Origin: a virus
Direction: 5' to 3' (one strand)
IMG/VR virus record: IMGVR_UViG_3300012642_000011
Location: 160,001 to 224,000 of that record
DNA length: 64,000 nucleotides
The translations under genes were made by a program, and so were the position numbers. Under the pieces are notes generated by a model. The model did no database searches. It worked only from the letters and a program-made list of their open reading frames with translations, and was not told the DNA's origin. Below, in pieces: positions 26,187 to 34,539 of this stretch (positions are counted from its first letter, which is position 1; every line of letters starts with the position of its first letter).

Positions 26187-27536
26187 ATGTCTCCATTGCC
26201 AAAAAGACCGCAGAAGCCTGAAGGGTATGATTTCCCTCCTTCATCACCTCAAAGGGAGGAGTCGTACCCTGGGCAAAGCGAAATTGACCTTGATTCCCTC
26301 ATGACAAGTCCAGATTTTTGGGAAGATGATTCAGATGATCTTCCTGATCTTCCAAACGATGTAGAAGATGAGACTTCTGATGATAATGTTGATGAAGAAT
26401 TCAATGACAGCATGGAAACGCACACCCATCCACTCGACTTGTCAAACGATGAATTCTACGAAGATGACATTGACGAAAGTCAGTATTATGATGATGAAGA
26501 CAATGAAGAAAATCAAGAAGAATTCTCATTTGACAGTTCAGAATTCTCCTTCATGAATGAAGATTCTGATGATGAATATTCCAATGAAGGCTACGGATTA
26601 CTTGAAGGCAATGATAGTCACGAAACGTTTGAATCTCACGAATTCTCTGATTCCAAAGACGATCCAGAACCAGAAAACCCCTACTCTGCAATTGACATCA
26701 ATGGCGAAGGCTTGGAATGGGAAAGAAATGAGGATGGTTTTGAGAATTCTTCAGATCCATTTTCCACTATGGAAAACACAGATGAGGAAGACTGGACTGA
26801 AGAAGATGATACAGACCTAAGCATCCTTGACGACGAAATAGAAGACGAAGATGAAATGGAAGATACATCTGCTATTAAGTCTCTGTCTAAATCAAAGAAT
26901 AAAAAGAAATCAGATCAAGAAAAGCCTAAAACACGAGGATCTTCTTCAAGTGAGAAAGATTCTAATCCTCTCAGTATGAAGATTTCAAAGATCCCTGTTA
27001 TTGGATGGGTTTACTCTTTCGTCAAGAACCTATACTTCAAACTCGTAGATCTCTCCTTCTCTCTGATCATAGGGATTCTTGGCATCTTATCTCGTATCCC
27101 ATTTATTGGAAAGTTCTTTGGGGCTGCAAAGAGTGCTGTAAACATTGTTCGCAAGATTGCATCTCTCTTCCCACTTGTTTTCTTAATTCTGTTACTTGTA
27201 TTCTTGAACTGGAAGTCTGTTGATTCAAATACCACCTCTCAACTTCCAGATGAAGCAAAATTCTCAATTTCCCAAGGAGAATTCAACAAAGACAACGGAA
27301 CGGCATCAGCGAAAGTTGAAAACATCTCTGATGTTTCAATGGGAGCAGATGTCACCATGACTGTATATTCATGGCAGCCCTCCCTTAACCCCGTAACATG
27401 GGTACTACACCAAGAAGATATTACGTGTGATCCTACATTTGTTGAATTACAGTCAGGAGAATCCAAAGAAATAGATTTCACATGTCAAGGAGAATTGCAC
27501 GGAATGTTCGCAAGAGTAAGCGGTGATGCTAAATGA
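26187..27536 (+). CDS. hyperacidic protein (about 40% Asp/Glu over 230 aa) with C-terminal transmembrane segments
   Basis: Long D/E-rich low-complexity region, then hydrophobic helices (IPVIGWVYSF...FPLVFLILLLVFL). Confidence 0.55.
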   Translation: MSPLPKRPQKPEGYDFPPSSPQREESYPGQSEIDLDSLMTSPDFWEDDSDDLPDLPNDVEDETSDDNVDEEFNDSMETHTHPLDLSNDEFYEDDIDESQYYDDEDNEENQEEFSFDSSEFSFMNEDSDDEYSNEGYGLLEGNDSHETFESHEFSDSKDDPEPENPYSAIDINGEGLEWERNEDGFENSSDPFSTMENTDEEDWTEEDDTDLSILDDEIEDEDEMEDTSAIKSLSKSKNKKKSDQEKPKTRGSSSSEKDSNPLSMKISKIPVIGWVYSFVKNLYFKLVDLSFSLIIGILGILSRIPFIGKFFGAAKSAVNIVRKIASLFPLVFLILLLVFLNWKSVDSNTTSQLPDEAKFSISQGEFNKDNGTASAKVENISDVSMGADVTMTVYSWQPSLNPVTWVLHQEDITCDPTFVELQSGESKEIDFTCQGELHGMFARVSGDAK

Positions 27537-28324
27537 CAAATATAAATATTGAAAAACCCAATAGTTCCATTGAAGGCGTAAACTCCAAAGTGGCACAGGG
27601 AATCTACAGTATGCTCAAAGATAAAGGGAGAAGAAGATTTGGTGTATCAGGAAGTTATATGATGCACCAGTCTGGTTCTGAAGAGTATAAAATTAAAGGC
27701 GTCAAACGTACTATTGCAAAAGAATTCCTCCAAGCAGAAAATGATCTATCAAAATTTCTTTTGGGTTGGGTGAAAGACAAGCCCAATGCTGTCCTGATTG
27801 AATCAGCCCGTGTGCCTGGTGCGGAAAACTCAGAGCCATCTGAAGTTGATGAAGAAAAAGGAATCATTGATGGCATTGACACTGACCACATTGTGATCAT
27901 TGGGGATGAAGTCATACTCATAGACACGACAGCATGGCCTAAAAAGAAGACTTATACCATTGGTGACGAAGGTGAAGTCTTGATGACCAAGAAAACTTTC
28001 GCTTTCTCTGATGTCCCTATGAAAAAGAACATCTACCAATGGTATCATTACCTTGATGAATCTGCATCCTTAATAGGAATTGTATGCATCAACTCCCCTG
28101 AAACCACTGTCATCAGAAACAAGAACTGGTATTTACAAGACTTTAGAGTAGTGGAATTCGGAAGATTTGAAGAGTTATTGAACAAAAAATACGATGAGAT
28201 TGATGATGATGACAGAAACAAAATCAACAGTACATTGGTTGCTCAATGCGTAGTCAGATGCATCAAGCCTTATGATGAGAGAACTAAAGTCATTAACTCC
28301 CGTGGACTATCGGAGTTGAGATGA
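27533..28324 (+). CDS. NERD-domain (nuclease-related, PD-(D/E)xK) protein, paralog 1
   Basis: GIDTDHIVIIGDEVILIDTTAW matches the NERD motif; start overlaps the upstream stop. Confidence 0.55.
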   Translation: MTNINIEKPNSSIEGVNSKVAQGIYSMLKDKGRRRFGVSGSYMMHQSGSEEYKIKGVKRTIAKEFLQAENDLSKFLLGWVKDKPNAVLIESARVPGAENSEPSEVDEEKGIIDGIDTDHIVIIGDEVILIDTTAWPKKKTYTIGDEGEVLMTKKTFAFSDVPMKKNIYQWYHYLDESASLIGIVCINSPETTVIRNKNWYLQDFRVVEFGRFEELLNKKYDEIDDDDRNKINSTLVAQCVVRCIKPYDERTKVINSRGLSELR

Positions 28325-29085
28325 CAGATATAATACAACCTGACAATGAAATCTATGGTGTTAATCCACAAGTAGCAGAAAAAATCCAAGAGATGCTTCA
28401 TAAAGGTAGAAGATACTTCGGGTCTGCAGGTGCATCTCTCACACATCATGTCAACAACCCTGAACACGAATCAGACTTCAGACTTCCTTTAGTGAGAAGC
28501 GGTATGGAAGGAGAAAGATCAACATCTTACTCCATCAGAAAATGGATGGAAGATAAAGATGATGTTGTCCTTATTGATTCAGTTCACATCAAGGGGATGG
28601 GAAAAGAGTACATTGATGAAGAAACTGGTGTTGCTGAAGGCGGAGACACTGATCACGTTCTAATCATAGGAAACAATGTAATCATCATTGATACAAAAAG
28701 ATGGAAATCAAAGAGAAAATACTCTATCAGTAATAAAAACACCGTACTGAGACAGGGCAGATCCTTCGGCGGCGGAAACGTCAGCACAAGAGAGGCAAAG
28801 CACTTATGGAGACAGTATGTTGGAAAGAAAGTGGGAGTATCTGGAATTGTTGTCATCAACCAAGAAAAAATCTTTGTTGTCTATGACAATAACTGGAAGA
28901 AAGCACCATTCCGATTGGTAACGATTGAAAACCTTTATGAAACCCTTGATTTTCAATATGAGCGAATTCAACATAAAGGATTCATTAATTCATCATTGGT
29001 CTCTCAAGTTGTCGTCTGTGCCATCAAGCCATATGACTCAATGAAGAGGGTTTTCGATATGGAGAAAATTAAAGACTTCAAATGA
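28321..29085 (+). CDS. NERD-domain protein, paralog 2
   Basis: GGDTDHVLIIGNNVIIIDTKRWKS; collinear similarity to paralog 1 throughout. Confidence 0.55.
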   Translation: MTDIIQPDNEIYGVNPQVAEKIQEMLHKGRRYFGSAGASLTHHVNNPEHESDFRLPLVRSGMEGERSTSYSIRKWMEDKDDVVLIDSVHIKGMGKEYIDEETGVAEGGDTDHVLIIGNNVIIIDTKRWKSKRKYSISNKNTVLRQGRSFGGGNVSTREAKHLWRQYVGKKVGVSGIVVINQEKIFVVYDNNWKKAPFRLVTIENLYETLDFQYERIQHKGFINSSLVSQVVVCAIKPYDSMKRVFDMEKIKDFK

Positions 29086-29146
29086 TGTCCCACTATATTT
29101 TCTGATATGAAAAGTAGGACAAAAAACTTAAAGAACGGAGATAAAT

Positions 29147-29755
29147 ATGAGCAAGAAGTACATTGCTAAGAGTGAAGATCTTGAGAACAGACTTGGCGAC
29201 AAATTGAAAGGGACAATCTTCAAGGATGTAGACACATTCATTGAAAATTACAACCTTGAGATCATCAACAAGAATTCCCCCTCTGTTAAAGAAATTGCTG
29301 AAGACATTCTCTCTACATACAAGAATGTCACACAACCCAAGAGAGGCGTTCTCTCCGTATTATCCAGTAGAGAAATCATGATCTCTGACACCATCGACAA
29401 ACTCAAGTCATGGGTTATGGTCACAAAATTGAAGAGAATTCTTTCTGAGAAAATTGATCTTGGTTTGATCACACCTGATGACTATGTTGCCTTCAGTTCA
29501 GAGGTCAAGAATCCCGGCATTGTCAGAGTAGAAGAGCATGAAGACGAAAACGGAAACGAAGTTAAAACCGGAGTGATCGAAGAGATCAATGAAGAGAAGA
29601 TCCCAGTAGATGAAAGCACTATCACCGCATTGTCTTCCATCAGAGGAACAGATGTGCCATTTACAGATGAGGTTGACGCTCACGTTCTACAGGTGAAAGA
29701 GATTCTTGAGTTTGATGATGCATTCATTGAATCCATACATGATCTCGTAAAGTGA
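29147..29755 (+). CDS. hypothetical protein
   Basis: 202-aa ORF; terminator downstream. Confidence 0.5.
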   Translation: MSKKYIAKSEDLENRLGDKLKGTIFKDVDTFIENYNLEIINKNSPSVKEIAEDILSTYKNVTQPKRGVLSVLSSREIMISDTIDKLKSWVMVTKLKRILSEKIDLGLITPDDYVAFSSEVKNPGIVRVEEHEDENGNEVKTGVIEEINEEKIPVDESTITALSSIRGTDVPFTDEVDAHVLQVKEILEFDDAFIESIHDLVK

Positions 29756-29773
29756 CTATTTAGAATAAGAACA

Positions 29774-29810
29774 CGGGAGAGCAATTGATATCGTTGCTCT
29801 CCCTTTTCAC
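29774..29810 (+). terminator. rho-independent terminator
   Basis: GGGAGAGCAA-ttgatatcg-TTGCTCTCCC followed by TTTTCACT. Confidence 0.65.
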
Positions 29811-29849
29811 TCAACACAATAATCGTGAAATCCGAAGAGGTGTTAACCA

Positions 29850-30905
29850 TTGAAAATTAAAAGAATGAAAGAAGTCACTCCAACAATGTCTCGTTGTATT
29901 GAGGTTGACTCTGCCAACAGGTTGTTTGCATCTGGTGGAGAAGACGCAGTATCTTTCGTTACACACAACTCTGTGGTGCAGAGGAACATTATTTTTGGTG
30001 CTATCTTGAGACCAGATAGGTGGAGATTCCTTGGCATTGACCTTAAACGTGTAGAACTTTCAGCTTTCCGTGCTTATTCAAATGTTGTCCTTGGAATTGC
30101 CACAACGATTGAAGATGCACTCATTGTTCTAAGATTTGCCCAACAGACCATGATGAAAAGATACACAGAAATGGAAGAGTTGGGAATTAACAACTTCCTT
30201 GATCTACCAGAAGCAGGTCAGGCACTTATGGTCATGGTAGACGAGATGGGTGAGTTACTCGGTGATTCAGGAAAAGCAGTCACTGATGAGCAAAAAGAAG
30301 AAGCACTACTTAAAGGAGAAGCATCTGCCATTATTGGATCTATTGCCCGTTTGGGAAGAGCAGCAGGTGTTCATTTAGTGGATGCAACACAGAGACCTGA
30401 CGCTACCATCATTGCTGGTGAAACTAAAGAGAATCACCCCGTGAGAATCAACTGTGGCAGAACTAGATCAACAGCATCCAGCATGATTCTTGACAGCAGT
30501 GAAGGAACCAGAGTAAAGGCAAACCCACGTGGACGACTCTATCTTCAGATTCACGGAAACGGAAACCACGGACAAGGATTCTTTGCAGAACCTTCATGGA
30601 TAGATGAATATCTCGCCAGTGTCGGAAAGAACCCTGACGGATCACCGTTGTCTGAAAGAAAACCAAAGGTTCAGAACATCACCAATATATCTGAATTTGA
30701 AAATGCAGACCTTGATGCCAAAGAAGGAATTGATAACAGCAGTATCATTAACAAGATGAGAGAAGAAGATGAAATAGCAGCACAAGAATCTTCTGAATCT
30801 CTTGTAAGGCCGGAACTTGGTGGAGGAATAGGAAAAGATAAGTTCCATCGCCCAGAGGATGATTGGGATGATGAACTTGATGCCTTGATCAATGAAAACA
30901 ACTAA
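29850..30905 (+). CDS. FtsK/SpoIIIE-family protein with a degenerate Walker A (probably not an active ATPase) and an acidic C-terminal tail
   Basis: Aligns to the FtsK motor: SGGEDAVS sits where GTTGSGKS should be; Walker B MVMVDEMGELL and IARLGRAAGVHLVDATQRP are retained. The TTG start follows the ORF track. Confidence 0.55.
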   Translation: MKIKRMKEVTPTMSRCIEVDSANRLFASGGEDAVSFVTHNSVVQRNIIFGAILRPDRWRFLGIDLKRVELSAFRAYSNVVLGIATTIEDALIVLRFAQQTMMKRYTEMEELGINNFLDLPEAGQALMVMVDEMGELLGDSGKAVTDEQKEEALLKGEASAIIGSIARLGRAAGVHLVDATQRPDATIIAGETKENHPVRINCGRTRSTASSMILDSSEGTRVKANPRGRLYLQIHGNGNHGQGFFAEPSWIDEYLASVGKNPDGSPLSERKPKVQNITNISEFENADLDAKEGIDNSSIINKMREEDEIAAQESSESLVRPELGGGIGKDKFHRPEDDWDDELDALINENN

Positions 30906-30923
30906 AGCAATAAGGAAAATGAC

Positions 30924-31136
30924 ATGATTAATTCAAGCAATAAATTAGAAGAACTCAGAAATGCCTATAAAGAGATGTATCGTAGATACTCATCTAAGAA
31001 AGTCAACCCGTCCCCAAACATCATTGTAAACGTTGATAAGAATTGGATTCTTTCTGATCAAAGCACTGGAGAGGTGAAAGCGTTATATGTCGCTATTGAT
31101 CGTTTGGGAAGATCAGCAGGCGTCTTTGTGAAATAA
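30924..31136 (+). CDS. hypothetical small protein
   Basis: 70-aa ORF. Confidence 0.35.
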   Translation: MINSSNKLEELRNAYKEMYRRYSSKKVNPSPNIIVNVDKNWILSDQSTGEVKALYVAIDRLGRSAGVFVK

Positions 31137-31248
31137 AATGATATATAAATAAGAATGCTAAATAAAGATTGCGCTGTTCAGTCAAATGCTGACTAAGACA
31201 CAGCGTAATCTTTTTGCTAACAACCAACGTACAGAAGAAGAGGGAAAA

Positions 31249-32019
31249 ATGGAACAGAACATGAAAGTCATCAAAGAAGACGATGAAAATATCTATGTAA
31301 AAGTAAAGAACATCAAAGGGAGAAGAAAGGCTCTAGGATTCCTCTCTCCTTTGACAGTCATGGCGTTTACAATTGTGTTCTCAATAGTCGCATCACTCTT
31401 ACTCATTGTATTCCCATCTGCCACACTTCTGATTTTGTTGATTGTCACCTCATTGTCAATGTTCGCAACTATGATTTTCGGACTTTGGTTCACTGACGAT
31501 ACGAAAAACTATAAGGAACTATTAAGATTCAGACTTCCCAATAAGAAGAAGTGGTATTTCATAGCGCCGATTGCCGGAATTCTCTTCTTCGCTGGACTAC
31601 AAGGTGCTGCATGGCTGATGGGGCAAATGGGACTCAGCGTTGAATCAAGTGATACATCAACTTCAGTTTCACAAGCACCAGGAGTAGTAGGAATTATTCT
31701 CATGGCTGTCTTTGTCCCAATCCTTGTCCCCATAATGGAAGAAATATTCTACCGTGGATATATTCTCTCCACTTTTGAACATTCCACAGAGAACAAGAAT
31801 ACAGGTTTAAAACTCGGTATCATCATGTCATCTGTCTTCTTCGGACTTGCTCACATTCAATTTACTGGAACAGCAACTGATTTCTTTATCCCGCTGTGGA
31901 CAGGTCTACTAGGTCTTGCCAATGCACTCTTGGTTGTGAAATCAAACTCCATCATCCCACCTATTCTTTTTCATGTGTTTTACAATGGAATCACTGTGTT
32001 GGCTATGGCCTTACTCTGA
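31249..32019 (+). CDS. CPBP-family intramembrane metalloprotease (CAAX protease / Abi domain)
   Basis: Multi-pass membrane protein with EEIFYRG and FFGLAH motifs (EExxxR and FxxxH). Confidence 0.65.
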   Translation: MEQNMKVIKEDDENIYVKVKNIKGRRKALGFLSPLTVMAFTIVFSIVASLLLIVFPSATLLILLIVTSLSMFATMIFGLWFTDDTKNYKELLRFRLPNKKKWYFIAPIAGILFFAGLQGAAWLMGQMGLSVESSDTSTSVSQAPGVVGIILMAVFVPILVPIMEEIFYRGYILSTFEHSTENKNTGLKLGIIMSSVFFGLAHIQFTGTATDFFIPLWTGLLGLANALLVVKSNSIIPPILFHVFYNGITVLAMALL

Positions 32020-32064
32020 TTGTTTTTGTTAAAATAATGCTGAAACAGAGGAGAATGATAACTT

Positions 32065-33057
32065 ATGGCACCAAATTTGATTATACCAGATGATTATAGC
32101 CCCGTGATTTCTTTAGATGAAGAGGGAATCCACGTGATTGACGAGAAAATTGCGGAGAAGTTGAACAAGAAGTCACTCTCTCCTTCTGCAGTCACGGCCC
32201 TCTTGGGATGTCCTGCCAAGTTCCTCTTCTCAAGCTTTGTTGAGAGAGATGTCTTTGATGATAGTGGCAGCATGGCTGCAAAGAAAGGCTCCCTATTCCA
32301 CAAAGTCATGGAAGATTTCTTTGCCCTGCCAAATCAAGAGAGAACACCTGAGAGAGTAAAAGAATTTGTCAACAGCACACTTCTGTCAAAAGAATTTTCC
32401 TCTATGGCATCAGATGTAGAAGTGATTGCATGGCTTAGAGATGCTGTCAATGGCTACTATTCCATGGGGGCAAAACCTGAAAACGTTGAGATCGCTATGG
32501 TTGACCTCGATCACAGAGGAAAACCAAAACCAGGATTGGAAGTCTTCATCAAAGGGCGAATTGGGGAAGCATCAAGAGATACTCTAGGTTTTATTGATAG
32601 GCTTACGGTAGATAAGAAAAGCGATGGTAAATCAGTCATTGTCGAAGACTGGAAAACTGGCGAGAAAGCAAAAAGATATACTGTAGGAAGTAAAGATGAA
32701 ATGGGTCTCGGAGAAGCAAGACAACAGGTGATATACAAGATCCTTCTAGAGCAAAAAGGAATCTCTGTATCCAAAGCAAGGCTGATTTTTCCTGTTGCCA
32801 GAGATATCGTCAACGTTGACGTACACGATGAAAAATTCATCCAGAAAACTGTTAATGACGTAGAAGAAGCAGATAAGGTGCTTTCCAACTCTATTAAGAA
32901 CAACACTTTTGAGTATGGCCCTAGTTTTCTGTGCGCATGGTGCCCATTAGTGAAGATTTGCCCTGCTGCAAACACCTCGCAGTTCAGAGGCGGTAAGCCA
33001 TTAAAAGCATTTGAATCCCAGCCGCCTGTAGAAGATCTTCAAAGAATTATTGCTTGA
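32065..33057 (+). CDS. Cas4/RecB-like PD-(D/E)xK exonuclease with 4-Cys Fe-S cluster signature
   Basis: VEDWKTGEK (RecB motif III, xDYKTG-like), one N-terminal Cys (LLGCPAKF) plus C-terminal C-x2-C-x5-C (CAWCPLVKIC). Confidence 0.6.
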   Translation: MAPNLIIPDDYSPVISLDEEGIHVIDEKIAEKLNKKSLSPSAVTALLGCPAKFLFSSFVERDVFDDSGSMAAKKGSLFHKVMEDFFALPNQERTPERVKEFVNSTLLSKEFSSMASDVEVIAWLRDAVNGYYSMGAKPENVEIAMVDLDHRGKPKPGLEVFIKGRIGEASRDTLGFIDRLTVDKKSDGKSVIVEDWKTGEKAKRYTVGSKDEMGLGEARQQVIYKILLEQKGISVSKARLIFPVARDIVNVDVHDEKFIQKTVNDVEEADKVLSNSIKNNTFEYGPSFLCAWCPLVKICPAANTSQFRGGKPLKAFESQPPVEDLQRIIA

Positions 33058-33105
33058 TGAGAGATATTCTTAATAATAAAAGTTCAATCATTCAAGGAGT
33101 AAGAT

Positions 33106-33366
33106 ATGAGCGTTGAAGTAGATCCCGCGTCAGGCAAGAGAATTGTTTACGTCAAAGAAAAAAGTCCCATACTGAAGATGGTCATTATCTGCGTAGTGTC
33201 TATGCTCTCTCTATGTTTCCTCGTTGTTCTTGCTGGCTTCATCATGGGACTCAATGGCATGTCAAAAGTACAAATGGACCCGCAAATAATCAATGACGCA
33301 ATTACATGGGCACAAGGAAAGGAACCTGAGCCACTTCCAGATGAATTAACTAAGGTTGATAAATGA
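33106..33366 (+). CDS. small membrane protein
   Basis: Single TM helix. Confidence 0.4.
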   Translation: MSVEVDPASGKRIVYVKEKSPILKMVIICVVSMLSLCFLVVLAGFIMGLNGMSKVQMDPQIINDAITWAQGKEPEPLPDELTKVDK

Positions 33367-33956
33367 CACTCATTAACAGGCAAAGAAAAACAGTAGAAAT
33401 TCCTCAAGACAGACCTCTTAAAGAAAAAGAGTACCAAAGGATTAAAAAATACGCTTACAATACTACGTTATGGTATGCACAGCGTTATCCCTCTGGGAAA
33501 TCAAAACTCATTGATAGACTCATCCGAAAAGGGTATCCTGTTGATGGTGTGATGGTTGAATCAGAAGATGGAGAAGAAGTTAACAAAGATGTCATTGCTG
33601 AAGTCATGCAATCTCTTCAAAGTGATAATGACGAATTGATGAATGAGCATAATATTGCTGAGAATGTGATTAATTCCTACCTTAGATCTGGCAAAAACGT
33701 TAAAAATGCATGGTTTAAATGTATGCAGAAGGGCGTGTCGAGGACAGTTTTTGATGAAGTTGTAGAAAAATATGTCACACAAGAAGATATAAATGATGCT
33801 CTTGACATAGCAGGTCGAAAAATTTTGAGATCGAGCACATACAAGAAGAAGGAAAAAGAGTTTGACAAGAGGAATACATTCTTGAAATCAATGATGACAA
33901 AGGGATTTGATTTCTCAGACGCATCGCAATGGTACGAAGATAACAAAGATGAATGA
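33363..33956 (+). CDS. RecX-like regulatory protein (tentative)
   Basis: YAYNTTLWYAQRYPSGKSKLIDRLIRKGYP resembles the RecX helical repeat A..LL..R..S..EL..KL..KG. Confidence 0.35.
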   Translation: MTLINRQRKTVEIPQDRPLKEKEYQRIKKYAYNTTLWYAQRYPSGKSKLIDRLIRKGYPVDGVMVESEDGEEVNKDVIAEVMQSLQSDNDELMNEHNIAENVINSYLRSGKNVKNAWFKCMQKGVSRTVFDEVVEKYVTQEDINDALDIAGRKILRSSTYKKKEKEFDKRNTFLKSMMTKGFDFSDASQWYEDNKDE

Positions 33957-33974
33957 CACAAAGGTGATAGATAC

Positions 33975-34427
33975 ATGGATCTTGATACAGGAAGATTTTC
34001 AGTAAGAAAGGATTTCTTCAACAAAGTTATGATGGGTAAAAATGTCACACCCATCACCGCGTCAGAACAATTGATCCTGAAACAAACCAATAAACTAAAA
34101 GAGATACAAAGGTATCATGATCTCAATTTGTCATCTTTTGTGTTCGATGATCTCGCAAACTGTGTTTTTCCTGATGATGCCATCAAGTTCCTTGTAGAAT
34201 CATACAAGAAAGGGTTAGATGGGTATGCGATTGATATCATGGAAGCATGCCAACGACACAAGAGGAAGTTGTCATTTGATGATCTCATGGAGTCTTTGAC
34301 GATTGTTGCAACAGGTATGAGAACACCTATGATTACTGTAGAATTGTTGGGCGAAGAGGTAGTGGATAAGAACACAAAAAGATATGCTCAAAAGCAATCA
34401 ATTAACTTGGGAAATCTCCATATCTAA
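33975..34427 (+). CDS. hypothetical protein
   Basis: 150-aa ORF. Confidence 0.4.
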   Translation: MDLDTGRFSVRKDFFNKVMMGKNVTPITASEQLILKQTNKLKEIQRYHDLNLSSFVFDDLANCVFPDDAIKFLVESYKKGLDGYAIDIMEACQRHKRKLSFDDLMESLTIVATGMRTPMITVELLGEEVVDKNTKRYAQKQSINLGNLHI

Positions 34428-34539
34428 TACTACTCAAAAAATTAAATCAACATGTGCCCATCAGAGGCACGAAATATGAGACTGTACGAACCTCTTCTTG
34501 ATAAAATAAGCGTAATGCTAAAGTACAAGGAGAAAATAG

